Assembly: GCA_963695855.1 (NCBI GenBank)
Contig: CAVOHZ010000001.1
Location: forward strand, 1-64,000
Direction: 5' to 3'
Source of the DNA: an uncultured Nitrososphaerales archaeon
GTDB lineage: Archaea; Thermoproteota; Nitrososphaeria; Nitrososphaerales; Nitrososphaeraceae
Length of the DNA stretch: 64,000 nucleotides
Each line of letters begins with the position of its first letter. Position 1 is the stretch's first letter. A program made the position numbers and the translations under genes. Below the pieces are notes generated by a model, which did not search any database, was not told the DNA's origin, and saw only the letters and a list, made by a program, of their open reading frames with translations. Below are positions 31,522-41,880 of the stretch, one piece after another.

Positions 31522-31925
31522 AAAGAAACATCTTAGATATCTTGGCATGTCCAATCGACAAACATTATCCTCTTGAATTGATAGAGTTGGATACTAAAGA
31601 AGAAATTTACGAAATTAGAGAAAATAAGAAAAAAGGAATAGAAAACGATGAAAAAAATATTCAAAAAAACAATAATAACAATGATGTTGCTTTCAGAGAT
31701 AGCCGATTATCTGAGGAGTACACCCGTCAAGATAAGGCTATTGTAATTGTTGATGGTATTTTATACTGTGATAAATGTGTCCGTTTCTATCCTATAATAG
31801 ACGAGATACCTATTATGTTACCCGATGAGTTAAGAGAAAAAGAAAAAGATTTGGAATTTCTATCAAAATGGAAAGACAATATACCTGAAAAGATTCTAAA
31901 ATATGCAAATCCTTGGCACCTATAA
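31518..31925 (+). CDS. Trm112-family protein with a low-complexity insert
   Basis: LDILACPIDKHYPLEL...GILYCDKCVRFYPIIDEIPIML. Confidence 0.88.
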   Translation: MKRNILDILACPIDKHYPLELIELDTKEEIYEIRENKKKGIENDEKNIQKNNNNNDVAFRDSRLSEEYTRQDKAIVIVDGILYCDKCVRFYPIIDEIPIMLPDELREKEKDLEFLSKWKDNIPEKILKYANPWHL

Positions 31926-31995
31926 TAAAGATATAAAAATAATAATACTTACCTAAAAGGTAGGAACAGAGAAGGATAGAGATGAAATATTAAAA

Positions 31996-32598
31996 ATGAG
32001 CAGGAATAATAAAGAAAAGAAAAAGAAAATTGAATCAAAGAAGAGGAACAGTATCTCAGAAAATATTACCGGAAAAAATACAAAAAAGAAGCAGAAAATA
32101 TCTCAAGATGAAAAAAGATTTGTTACTCATTATATTTCTGATACAGCAAAGATTGGAAAGAATGTAAAGATTTGGCATTATTCATATGTTGGAGATAATA
32201 CAGAAATTGGAAAGAATGTTATGATTGGTTCTCTTGTACATATAGATTACAATGTAAAAATAGGCGATAATACTAGGATTGAAGGGTCTGTATATATTCC
32301 TCCACTCACTGTCATAGGAAAGAATGTATTCATAGGACCTGGAGCTACATTTACTAATGATCCTTATCCAATGAGTCCTAAGATGATTGGAACCGTAGTG
32401 AATGATGGGGCAATAATTGCTGCGAGAGCAGTAATAAAACCGGGAATCCTAATAGGAAAAAATTCTGTTGTAGGAATGGGTTCTGTTGTTACCAAAGATG
32501 TACTTGAAGAAACTGTGGTGATAGGACATCCCGCTATAGTTGTTTATTCTAGAAAAGAATATGATAAGAAAAAGTCAGAATGGGAATCAAAGAAGTAA
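31996..32598 (+). CDS. Hexapeptide-repeat N-acetyltransferase (WbpD-like)
   Basis: AKIGKNVKIWH, FIGPGATFTND, VVGMGSVVTKDV. Confidence 0.88.
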   Translation: MSRNNKEKKKKIESKKRNSISENITGKNTKKKQKISQDEKRFVTHYISDTAKIGKNVKIWHYSYVGDNTEIGKNVMIGSLVHIDYNVKIGDNTRIEGSVYIPPLTVIGKNVFIGPGATFTNDPYPMSPKMIGTVVNDGAIIAARAVIKPGILIGKNSVVGMGSVVTKDVLEETVVIGHPAIVVYSRKEYDKKKSEWESKK

Positions 32599-32733
32599 AT
32601 AAAAAGAAAACTAAAGAGTATAAAACAAAAACATCACAATGGATTTTATCATATATTGATATGTTCTTTATTTAAAAATTGCAAGATCTCTTGTTGTTAA
32701 TTTTTTAGCATACTTGGGTTGTTAAGTTAATAT

Positions 32734-33951
32734 TCAATATCTCTCAACATTTATCAGATCAGAATTAACCTCACAAATGGGATTTGCCTTTATGACTATT
32801 GAATCGACATTATTGCCTTTAGTTATGAGATGATAATCCGTTTTAGAACAGGCAATAAAGATTGTAGTCTTGTCACTAGGATAATTGTCCAGACTATTCC
32901 CTCCGCCATGCTCAACCTCGCCTATATAATCCCTCATTCGAGATTCTAATAATAAAGATATATCGATTTTATCGCCTCGCATTTCAAAAAAATCTAATGT
33001 CCAAAAAATTGAAATTTTGGTTTTACTTGCTTTCAATTCCTTCTTTTTTAGCAGGTAACGGATTTTATCTATCAAATTTTTCAGGTAGCTTTCTATGCTC
33101 TTAATGGTACCGTTAACCAGATATATCAATGGATTATTTCCTTGCAAGGAATGTTGAATTATCCTTAGATCATGTAATCCATTTGTAATATCATCTAGAT
33201 ATAGATCTTTGTAAAAATTATCGATTATTTGGTTATCACCTTCGTAGCTACTTGCATATTTACAAACTTCCAATACACTGGCAATACCAGAATAATGTCT
33301 TAGTATCCTGGAAACATAAGTCAATTCGGCAGATACAATATTTGTCAGATGTATCGGTTGATTGTTAATAATCTGGAGTATCTTTTCAAGGAATAAATCT
33401 TTTCTTGTATTAAAACCTCCTACTACCGTATTAGATGAGAGAATCGGTCCAGAGTTAATTGGCATATAATAATAAGGGATATTATCTCCGACCATCATTC
33501 CGGTAGTATGTTCCAATATATCGATATTTTCATGATTTCCACCAATCCCAGTTGGAAGTGTATATATAATTGAGGTATCTCTATCGATCGATCTAATGGC
33601 ATCTATAAATTTAGAAGAAATATCGATTTTTACATCTTGACCTATTTTCCTTATTTTTGGAGAAAAGAATAGGTAAGAAGCATTACCTATGATATCGTTT
33701 GAAGGTTGAATTGGAAGTAACGGCTCGTCCTCTATAAGATCACATACTGTAGCATAGGTTCTTGCAATATCATTGTTTAAAGTTATCCCCATCTTTGATG
33801 CTTCATCTATAATAGAAACTTTATAGCCAGCACTGACAAGCGATGTAGCAAAATTATAGCCCTCAGTACTTAATCCAAATATAGCTAATTCTGGGGACGG
33901 GGGCAATTTTACAATAAAATATGAAATTTCCTCCTTAGTAAAGTTATTCAT
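32734..33951 (-). CDS. Divergent nucleotide-sugar dehydrogenase-like protein
   Basis: Rossmann-like LAIFGLSTEG start, TLPTG, SAELT; canonical catalytic motifs not evident. Confidence 0.6.
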   Translation of the reverse strand: MNNFTKEEISYFIVKLPPSPELAIFGLSTEGYNFATSLVSAGYKVSIIDEASKMGITLNNDIARTYATVCDLIEDEPLLPIQPSNDIIGNASYLFFSPKIRKIGQDVKIDISSKFIDAIRSIDRDTSIIYTLPTGIGGNHENIDILEHTTGMMVGDNIPYYYMPINSGPILSSNTVVGGFNTRKDLFLEKILQIINNQPIHLTNIVSAELTYVSRILRHYSGIASVLEVCKYASSYEGDNQIIDNFYKDLYLDDITNGLHDLRIIQHSLQGNNPLIYLVNGTIKSIESYLKNLIDKIRYLLKKKELKASKTKISIFWTLDFFEMRGDKIDISLLLESRMRDYIGEVEHGGGNSLDNYPSDKTTIFIACSKTDYHLITKGNNVDSIVIKANPICEVNSDLINVERY

Positions 33952-34019
33952 TTTTTTTACCTAATTTTTTTATGGCAGAGGATGAATGCATAAACTAATT
34001 TTCTTTCAGATTCATCTTC

Positions 34020-35204
34020 TTGTTCTCAAGATCAAGAGAAAAGTATTCATTGATAAGTAATGGTAACTATCACAATAACTTGAGAATCTGGTTCGATATT
34101 CTTACTCCCAAACAGATAATGTTCTTCAAATATTTTGTTGAAGAACTGGAAGAATCTGGACATGAAATATTCTGTACTGGGCGAGACTACAGAGAGGCAA
34201 TAGAGTTAGCAAGAATAAAAAAAGTAAGAATAAAAATAGTTGGCAAACATGGAGGAAATGACAGATATGAAAAATTAGTAGCTAGCAGTGAAAGAATTCG
34301 AAAACTTGCAGACATTATCAACTCCTTTGAACCTGATCTAACTGTCTCCTTTTCCTCCCCAGAAGCTTCAAGAGTGTCATTTGGATTAGGTGTAAAACAT
34401 TATATCTTCAATGATTCTCCACATGCATTGGCTGTAGCGAAACTAAGTGTCCCAATTTGTGACCGGCTTTTCTGTCCATGGATTATACCATATAAGGCAT
34501 GGTTATGTCTAGGAATTAATAGAGAAAAAATTACTAGATATAGAGCAATTGACCCTGTTGTCTGGCTAAAAAGAGAGATGGAAAAAATTAAAGAATGTGG
34601 AGGATGGTCAACTACAAGATCGAAGAAAAATAAAACAGGCCAATTCACTATCTTAATTAGGCCGGAAGAAGTAAAGGCATCCTATATAACAGATAACAAG
34701 AATCTGAAAAATTCTGTAACATTGATTGATAGTATTGTTAAAAATTTTTCCTTGTACTCTAAGGTATTGATTTTGGGAAGATACCAGGATCAAATAGATT
34801 TTTTCAAACAGAGATATGAAAATAAAGTTCAAATGCTCGAAAATGTAGTGGATGGAACCTCGTTATTAAGAGAAATAGATCTGTTTATTGGTGCTGGAGG
34901 TACTATGAGTGCGGAGGCAGCATTACTTGGTAAACCAGTCATTTCTATTGCACCTATTAGCTTTTACGTGGAAAACTTTCTTATAAGATGCGGACTTGTA
35001 AAGAAAATCAGAAATGAAAAGGAGTTAACCAGGTATACGCACAACATTTTCTCTAAAATTAAAAACGAGAAAAAATATTTTAAAAATAACGATAGACTAA
35101 AAAAATACAAAGTACCGGCATTTCAAAAAAGATTGTTTGAAAAATCTTTAAAATTTATAGATAGCATGGAAGATCCAATAATTCAATTTAAGAAATTTAT
35201 TTGA
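34020..35204 (+). CDS. DUF354-family GT-B fold protein
   Basis: IWFDILTPKQ, VGKHGG, FSSPEASRVSFGLG, GAGGTMSAEAALLGKPVIS. Confidence 0.85.
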   Translation: MFSRSREKYSLISNGNYHNNLRIWFDILTPKQIMFFKYFVEELEESGHEIFCTGRDYREAIELARIKKVRIKIVGKHGGNDRYEKLVASSERIRKLADIINSFEPDLTVSFSSPEASRVSFGLGVKHYIFNDSPHALAVAKLSVPICDRLFCPWIIPYKAWLCLGINREKITRYRAIDPVVWLKREMEKIKECGGWSTTRSKKNKTGQFTILIRPEEVKASYITDNKNLKNSVTLIDSIVKNFSLYSKVLILGRYQDQIDFFKQRYENKVQMLENVVDGTSLLREIDLFIGAGGTMSAEAALLGKPVISIAPISFYVENFLIRCGLVKKIRNEKELTRYTHNIFSKIKNEKKYFKNNDRLKKYKVPAFQKRLFEKSLKFIDSMEDPIIQFKKFI

Positions 35205-35252
35205 AATTCATAACATTATAATTCAAGTTATTAATACGAAATAATGCCCGGA

Positions 35253-35350
35253 AGCCCGGTGGAGGGAAAAATAAATTTCCCGTCGAGTGTAGCGGCCAAG
35301 CATAAAGGCCTTTGGAGCCTTTGACCCCAGTTCGAATCTGGGCCGGGCTA
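35253..35350 (+). tRNA. tRNA-Gln(UUG) with a 25-nt intron (35263-35287) between positions 10 and 11
   Basis: Spliced product AGCCCGGTGG|TGTAGCGGCCAAGCATAAAGGCCTTTGGAGCCTTTGACCCCAGTTCGAATCTGGGCCGGGCTA folds as a cloverleaf: acceptor AGCCCGG/CCGGGCT, anticodon stem AAGGC/GCCTT, T-arm CCCAG-TTCGAAT-CTGGG. Confidence 0.92.
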
Positions 35351-35473
35351 ATTTTATGTAGTGCAATTAATGTTTCCGTTCATTTAGAACTTAATATCTG
35401 AATTACCTAATATTAATAAAACCTAAAAAAATATATTTCTTTCTCATTTTAAAGACACTATTAATAAAAAATA

Positions 35474-36982
35474 TTATTTATCGGATTTACATTTTTCAAT
35501 TACAAGTTGTCGGAGATTTTTAAAAGCCTCATCTACCATAGTAATTCTTTGAGATAAGATATGTTCTGTATCTATAAGTAAATTTTCTATTGATTCCAGC
35601 ATTCTTTTCTGTTCATTCGGATTCGGAGAACCTGTTGATTTTTTTAAGTAAATAGAATTTTCTGAAATTGTGCCTCTAATGATTGTATGTAAATCATCTG
35701 TATCTATATGTATATTAATAGAATCAAGGATCTTTGAAAGTTCTTCCTTTGGAATGTCCTTTAAACTAATACTATTGTTATTTTTTATCACATATTGTAC
35801 AAGATGTCCTACCAATTTGTGAGCTTGCCGAAATGGAATATTGTATTTCATCACCAACTGTTCAGCAATATCTAAAGAGACCGCATAGCTCTTATTAGCT
35901 TGCTCTAATGCGATGTTTTTATTCACTTTAAATGTATCTATTATCCCTACCATTATTATCAAAGAATTTGTTACTATAGCAGTAGATTTCCACAATAAGG
36001 GTTTGAGATCCTGCAGGTCTCTACTATAACCAGTTGGAAGGCTCTTTATTATTGTCAATGCTGAAAGGAGATTGCCGGTAACAATAGATGAATGTGAACG
36101 TAAAATTTCTAAGGGATCTGGATTTTTCTTTTGTGGCATTACACTCGATGTTGAACTATATTTGTCTGCAAGTTCGATATAATTAAATTCTGAAGTAGAC
36201 CAGAGAATAAAATCTTCGGCAATTCGACTTAAGGAAGTCATTAAGATTGCCTGTGAAGATAAAAATTCGATAAGTACATCTCTAGAACTAGTAGCATCAA
36301 TGGAATTGTCTACCAGTCCATCAAATCCTAGCAGAGAAGCGGTGTATTTTCTGTCTATAGGTATGCTAGTACCACCAATTGCACATGCACCCAAAGGAGA
36401 TTTATTTATCCTATCAAAAATCATATTAAAGCGTTCGAGATCTCTTAACAGACTGTAAGAATAAGATAGTAGATAGTGAGAATACGTGCCTATTTGTGCC
36501 TGCTGTAAATGAGTATATAGAGAGACAATCGTTGTTTGATATTCTTTTGATCTCGCTATCAAGGATCTTAGTAGGTTAATTATGAGGTTGGATATAACTA
36601 GGAGGTCATCCCTTGTTTTCATTATAATATCTAATGCCACCTGGTCATTTCTGGAACGTCCTGTATGCATCTTACCACCCACTTCTATGCCTATATTTTG
36701 GGTTACTACTGCTTCAATCTGTTCATGAATATCTTCAGAGGAATCTGATGATAGTATCTTTCTAACCTTCGCCTGATCAATATAATTATCCTTTAGTTCA
36801 CTTAAAGAAGAGAGAAGTCTTGATAATTCTTGATGGTCTAAAATTCCAATTTTGTTTAACATGATACAATGTGCTTGAGTTCCAACAATATCGTAATAAA
36901 ATAAGTTAATATCATCATCTAGGGAAGAAAGATAATCAAGAACATTTTTATCTAGATTTTCGGTCTGTCTAGATCTATACAA
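35474..36982 (-). CDS. argH: Argininosuccinate lyase
   Basis: EDIH, MHTGRSRNDQV, YTHLQQAQ, STSSVMPQKKNPD. Confidence 0.95.
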   Translation of the reverse strand: MYRSRQTENLDKNVLDYLSSLDDDINLFYYDIVGTQAHCIMLNKIGILDHQELSRLLSSLSELKDNYIDQAKVRKILSSDSSEDIHEQIEAVVTQNIGIEVGGKMHTGRSRNDQVALDIIMKTRDDLLVISNLIINLLRSLIARSKEYQTTIVSLYTHLQQAQIGTYSHYLLSYSYSLLRDLERFNMIFDRINKSPLGACAIGGTSIPIDRKYTASLLGFDGLVDNSIDATSSRDVLIEFLSSQAILMTSLSRIAEDFILWSTSEFNYIELADKYSSTSSVMPQKKNPDPLEILRSHSSIVTGNLLSALTIIKSLPTGYSRDLQDLKPLLWKSTAIVTNSLIIMVGIIDTFKVNKNIALEQANKSYAVSLDIAEQLVMKYNIPFRQAHKLVGHLVQYVIKNNNSISLKDIPKEELSKILDSINIHIDTDDLHTIIRGTISENSIYLKKSTGSPNPNEQKRMLESIENLLIDTEHILSQRITMVDEAFKNLRQLVIEKCKSDK

Positions 36983-37128
36983 GAATATTTATCAATATTA
37001 AACAGGATTTCAATATAATATATTTATCTATTCTCACAAGTTGGTATATGCAGTTAATAGTCTAACATCAATTCAGTAATAATCTGTTATTATATTGGAT
37101 TATCTTTAATCCACATCAATCATTAAAT

Positions 37129-37488
37129 ATGGTTTTTGATAAAATTTGTATGATGTCTGAAGATATTCAACAGACCCGTAGGTTAATCTTTGATGAATTG
37201 TCGAAAATAGTAGATCCGGAAATCGGAGTCTCGATAATGGAATTGGAATTGGTTGATAAGGTGGATATTGATGCTAATCAAGTAAACGTTGATTTACATT
37301 TAACAAGTCCCTTTTGTCCAGCAGTATTTGGTTTTAAAATTGCTCAGGATGTGAGAGATAACATTTACAAGATAGGAAGCATCGAACAAGTGAAGGTTAA
37401 TGTGAGTAATCACTTTATGGCAGAGGCAATAAACAAGCAGGTAAACGAAAGTAAATTGCCTGAAAAGGACAAAGCACAAGAAAAGTAA
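37129..37488 (+). CDS. MIP18/DUF59 Fe-S cluster assembly factor
   Basis: IVDPEIGVSIMELELV, LTSPFCP. Confidence 0.88.
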   Translation: MVFDKICMMSEDIQQTRRLIFDELSKIVDPEIGVSIMELELVDKVDIDANQVNVDLHLTSPFCPAVFGFKIAQDVRDNIYKIGSIEQVKVNVSNHFMAEAINKQVNESKLPEKDKAQEK

Positions 37489-37949
37489 TATATTAAATTC
37501 AAACCTTGTTCAAGTGATATAAATCATGTTGTTAAAAGGAAAGGACGCTCTAAATGCAATATCTTTTTAAGACTTATTTGTTTATTTTATAGAACATTTG
37601 AATTTAAAGTTTAGAAACATGAAAAAATAGAAATATTCATTTCATTAATATTTTTTATTGCAAAGATGTAGATGGTAAAGTCAATATAAAAAATTTTTTA
37701 TTTTTCCATTTTATATCATGTACAAGATTTAATGAGTATATGGTGTATTATCATTCTGATACTGATTCTATAGATTTGAGATCTATACTGAAGCACTTGC
37801 TAAAATCAAGCGTCAAATAGAGAAAATGTGTTGTATTAAATACACTATATTGAAATAACCCGAAACCTAAATCACATGCTTTAAACAAGGAGATAGATTA
37901 AAAATTTGATAACAGAAGTTTGAAAAAATAAAATATTATTATTCGTATT

Positions 37950-38864
37950 TTATTTATCGTTTTTTGTTTTGTCTTTAGATGATCTATCTTGCAAGGAAGA
38001 TATCTTTTTTTCATTTTTTGAAAATCCTAGCATGTGGTTTCTTAGTAGTTGTATTCCTAAAGCTGGATCAACCCCTTTTGGACAGACAACACTGCAGGAA
38101 CCTGCAAAATGACATCTCCATATACCATGTCTATCATCAATGACATTCAGTCGATTGGTTTTATCTGAATCCCTCGAATCGGAAAAATACCTATACACCT
38201 GTGATAGTGATTGCGGCCCAGGAAATTTTGTGTCTGTTGCAACTGTTGGACATGCCGAATAACACAATCCACATTTAATACAATATGAGAATTGTAAGAA
38301 TTTGTCTACATCTTCAGGACTCTGTGAATATTCAGATAGTTCGCTATTATCTTTCATGTCTGCATTTTCATTCTGTATGTAAGGCATGATATTTTTATGG
38401 TGTTGAAAGAACTGCGAAAAATCAGTAACAAGATCCCTGATGTAGGGAAAGTTTGCCAAGGGTTCACAAGTAATAGTATCTCCTTCTAATTCAGATATTT
38501 TAGTATAACATGCCAGTCTTGGTTTTCCATTTATTTTCATTCCACAAGATCCACATGTAGCCATCCTACAGGAGTACCTTATACCAATGCTACTATCCTG
38601 ATAGCTTTTTGCATGCAATAAAGCATCAAGTACAGTTGTCCATCTTTTAACAGGTATTTGGAATTCATCGAAATGTGGATGGTCTTTCTTTGTGTCGTTG
38701 ACAGCATTTATCCTGAAAACTTTAAGCTTGATGCTTTCTTTAAAATATTCATCGTCATTTCCCTTATTTTTTATATTTTCTTTCTTATTCTTGAACCTGA
38801 TTTCTTCTTCAATATTACTTTTGTTCTCATTATCAAAATTATTTTTGTTTTTAATATTTTTCAT
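37950..38864 (-). CDS. sdhB: Succinate dehydrogenase iron-sulfur subunit
   Basis: SCRMATCGSC, CIKCGLCYSACP, CHFAGSCSVVCP. Confidence 0.95.
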   Translation of the reverse strand: MKNIKNKNNFDNENKSNIEEEIRFKNKKENIKNKGNDDEYFKESIKLKVFRINAVNDTKKDHPHFDEFQIPVKRWTTVLDALLHAKSYQDSSIGIRYSCRMATCGSCGMKINGKPRLACYTKISELEGDTITCEPLANFPYIRDLVTDFSQFFQHHKNIMPYIQNENADMKDNSELSEYSQSPEDVDKFLQFSYCIKCGLCYSACPTVATDTKFPGPQSLSQVYRYFSDSRDSDKTNRLNVIDDRHGIWRCHFAGSCSVVCPKGVDPALGIQLLRNHMLGFSKNEKKISSLQDRSSKDKTKNDK

Positions 38865-38892
38865 TCTATTTCATTCCATCTTTCGCATTCTT

Positions 38893-39321
38893 TTAACCTA
38901 AAGATAAGCCATTTGCAACTATTATCGTTCTAGTTCCAAAGGCGATTATTCCTATCATCGCAATTATTACAATAATGTTTACACTTTTCTCCCATAGTTC
39001 ATTCTGCCTAAACTCCAATAATATAATCCTGAGGCCGTTAAAGCCATGTATAGCAATAAGCACTAGAATCGTTTCTAGCAAAATAGCATAAAATATATTC
39101 TTGTAGTTTAAAATAACATTTTCAAATTCCAAAGACATATTGTATGGCATGATTAAACGCATCATGATATGTATTGCTACAACAAAAAGTGCACAAACTC
39201 CAGTGATATAATGGATCTTCATAATTTGGCTTTCTTTTAAAAGAGATGTGCTAATTCCACTCCTCCTTCCTGAATCGTTCTTCAATTTTTTATTCCCCTC
39301 CGAACAAGACGCTTGCACCAT
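38893..39321 (-). CDS. sdhD: Succinate dehydrogenase membrane anchor subunit (true start probably further downstream)
   Basis: Three TM helices, HYITG, IHGFNGLR. Confidence 0.85.
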   Translation of the reverse strand: MVQASCSEGNKKLKNDSGRRSGISTSLLKESQIMKIHYITGVCALFVVAIHIMMRLIMPYNMSLEFENVILNYKNIFYAILLETILVLIAIHGFNGLRIILLEFRQNELWEKSVNIIVIIAMIGIIAFGTRTIIVANGLSLG

Positions 39322-39790
39322 ACAGCATCGCTACAGCTGCCAATAGAAGAGCTATCCATATTCCAGAACGCTGTTTTTTATTGATAGAAGTAGGATCGTA
39401 TGGATAATCTGGTCTACCGGGTTTACCTAAACCCATTCCAACGTGTGCAAAGATAAGTCGTATACCGTTTATAGTATGAAAGGTACTTGAACCTATGACA
39501 GTCATCAAGAAGAGATGTCCCCATATTGTCTGGGTCATTTCGAGCATTGCAGCCCATGCATCAGGACCACTAACAAGAGAGCTAGTTTCATAAACATGAC
39601 CCACAAAGTATACTAAAAGAAATACGCCTGTCAGACGCTGCAACCAATATGATACTCTTTCCCATCCATATCGCGAAGGGTTTAGCCATCCTTTCAACCC
39701 CTCCCTGTTTGATCTAAGATTTGCTTCAATGCTCTTTTTGTTCATATTAGAGTCAGACGATGATGAATCTAAATTCTCAGATACAGTCAT
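39290..39790 (-). CDS. sdhC: Succinate dehydrogenase cytochrome b subunit
   Basis: LQRLTG, GHV, FHTINGIR. Confidence 0.88.
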   Translation of the reverse strand: MTVSENLDSSSSDSNMNKKSIEANLRSNREGLKGWLNPSRYGWERVSYWLQRLTGVFLLVYFVGHVYETSSLVSGPDAWAAMLEMTQTIWGHLFLMTVIGSSTFHTINGIRLIFAHVGMGLGKPGRPDYPYDPTSINKKQRSGIWIALLLAAVAMLYGASVLFGGE

Positions 39791-41608
39791 TCAGTATTTC
39801 CTCTCCACAGGGGCATATCTAGTAATTATCACAGGATGCCACGTCATTTTAGGATCCCCATCTGCATTGTAATAGGCAAGAGTATGGTTTAAAAAGTTAA
39901 CATCATCACGATGAGGAAAATCTAATCTGGAATGAGCTCCTCTAGATTCTCTTCTATTTATTGCGCCTAATAAGACTACTTCTGCAGTTCTCATCATTGC
40001 ATCAACCTCCATGACGTTTACAAAGTTAGTATTATATTCTTTTGATTTATCATCTACATGCTTCCATGTTTGAGTCTTTAATTCTATTATTTTTTTCAGT
40101 CCTTCAACAAGAGACTCTTCATTTCTAAAAACATAGGATTTTGCATCCATAGTATCAGTTAGTTCTTTTCTGACCTGGTATGGATTTACTTCTCCTCTTC
40201 CTCTGAAAATCCCATCATAGATCCTCTTTTCCTCTGTCTGAATCTGTTCTGTTGAAGAATCATCAGTTCTATTTTTTTCTTTACTATCAAGTGCAAAACG
40301 TGCAGCATGTTCGCCAGTTATTCGTCCCCATACGATACATTCGGAGGTAGAGTTTGCTCCCAAACGATTGGCACCATGGGTACTGTTACATGCCGCCTCA
40401 CCCGCCGCCCACAAACCAGCCAATTCTGTCCTGCCATCGACATCAGTATGAATTCCTCCCATCATGTAGTGACAGACGGGTCTTATCTCTATCGGTTCAT
40501 CTATTACATCTACACCAGAAAATTTGATTCCAATTTCTCTTATTCCAGCTAATCGTTCCTTTATCTTTTCATCTCCAAGATGCGTTAGATCCAATTTCAA
40601 ACAATCGTAACCTGATTCATGTTTAAATCCACGACCAGCCTCTATCTCCTTTATCATCGATCTAGAGACCACATCTCTTGGCGCGAGTTCCAATTTTTCT
40701 GGAGCATAATTTTTCATGAATCTTTCCCCAGTATTATTTATCAAATAACCGCCCTCTCCTCTAGCGCCTTCTGTTATTAAAATACCTGAAGGAAGGATAC
40801 CGGTAGGATGGAACTGAACAAATTCCATGTCCTTCAAAGCAAGTCCAGCTCGAAATGCCATATCAATTCCATCAGGAGTAGAAGAATATGCATAAGTGGA
40901 GAAACTGTAGATACGACCTGCTCCTCCAGTACAGATAATTCCGGCTGGAGATTTCACCGTGATAAAGTTACCGTTTTTTAGCTCTATTGCAGTAAGACCT
41001 CTAAATTTACTGGTGTCTTTTAAAATACTTGTACAGAACCATTCATTGTAAAAATGAATATTATCAAACTTAAGACAGGTGTCGTATAGAGTTTGCATCA
41101 GGTAGAATCCAACCTTGTCTTGCGCAAATGTTGCTCTCGGAAAAGAATATCCTCCAAATTTCCTTTGTCCTATTCTACCATCTTCTCGCCTGGACCAAGG
41201 CATACCCCAATGATCAAGTTGGTATATTTCATGAGGGATATTGCTTGCTAGTCTTTCAGCAACGTCTTGATCTGCGAGAAAGTCACTTCCTTTGATTGTA
41301 TCGTAAATATGAGATTCTTGGTTATCTCCTTCGTCTTCAAAGATAACTGCTGCAGTACCTCCCTCCGCAGAAACTGAGTGTGACCGCATGACCTGTACCT
41401 TTGAAAAGACACCGATGCTAGTCTTGTTTTTTCCTGTAGATGCAGCAGCGATAGCAGCTCTAAGACCTGCTAGTCCCGAACCAATTATAACAACATCATG
41501 ATGAATTGAATCTGTCACAGTAAATATTATCCCAAAAACGAATAGATATGTAATACAAATATACCTTTTGCTTGATTGGTAGGTATTTTTAGTGCTTATA
41601 ATGACCAA
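39791..41608 (-). CDS. sdhA: Succinate dehydrogenase flavoprotein subunit (true start probably near 41519)
   Basis: IGSGLAGLRAA, RSHSVSAEGG, QFHPT, HYMMGG, HGANRLG, ESRGAH. Confidence 0.95.
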   Translation of the reverse strand: MVIISTKNTYQSSKRYICITYLFVFGIIFTVTDSIHHDVVIIGSGLAGLRAAIAAASTGKNKTSIGVFSKVQVMRSHSVSAEGGTAAVIFEDEGDNQESHIYDTIKGSDFLADQDVAERLASNIPHEIYQLDHWGMPWSRREDGRIGQRKFGGYSFPRATFAQDKVGFYLMQTLYDTCLKFDNIHFYNEWFCTSILKDTSKFRGLTAIELKNGNFITVKSPAGIICTGGAGRIYSFSTYAYSSTPDGIDMAFRAGLALKDMEFVQFHPTGILPSGILITEGARGEGGYLINNTGERFMKNYAPEKLELAPRDVVSRSMIKEIEAGRGFKHESGYDCLKLDLTHLGDEKIKERLAGIREIGIKFSGVDVIDEPIEIRPVCHYMMGGIHTDVDGRTELAGLWAAGEAACNSTHGANRLGANSTSECIVWGRITGEHAARFALDSKEKNRTDDSSTEQIQTEEKRIYDGIFRGRGEVNPYQVRKELTDTMDAKSYVFRNEESLVEGLKKIIELKTQTWKHVDDKSKEYNTNFVNVMEVDAMMRTAEVVLLGAINRRESRGAHSRLDFPHRDDVNFLNHTLAYYNADGDPKMTWHPVIITRYAPVERKY

Positions 41609-41880
41609 TTATAAAAAAATTTTCATGTAAGAATATGAGAGATTAGCTTATAACATAAAGATAAAAGCATTATTCGAAGAATCAAATGGAAAGCGAGAAG
41701 AGCAATGACTTATAAAAAGAAAAAGATGAAAGGAATAAAACAGATTAGACCACCATGACAAGTCAACGAAAATTTGATTTTACTAATTTCAAAAAAAAAG
41801 ACAATTAGATGGATAAAAGAATCTAGTGTTATTTCTTACATTTAATTATTGGTTATTCAAGGATCTTGTTGTTAATAATT

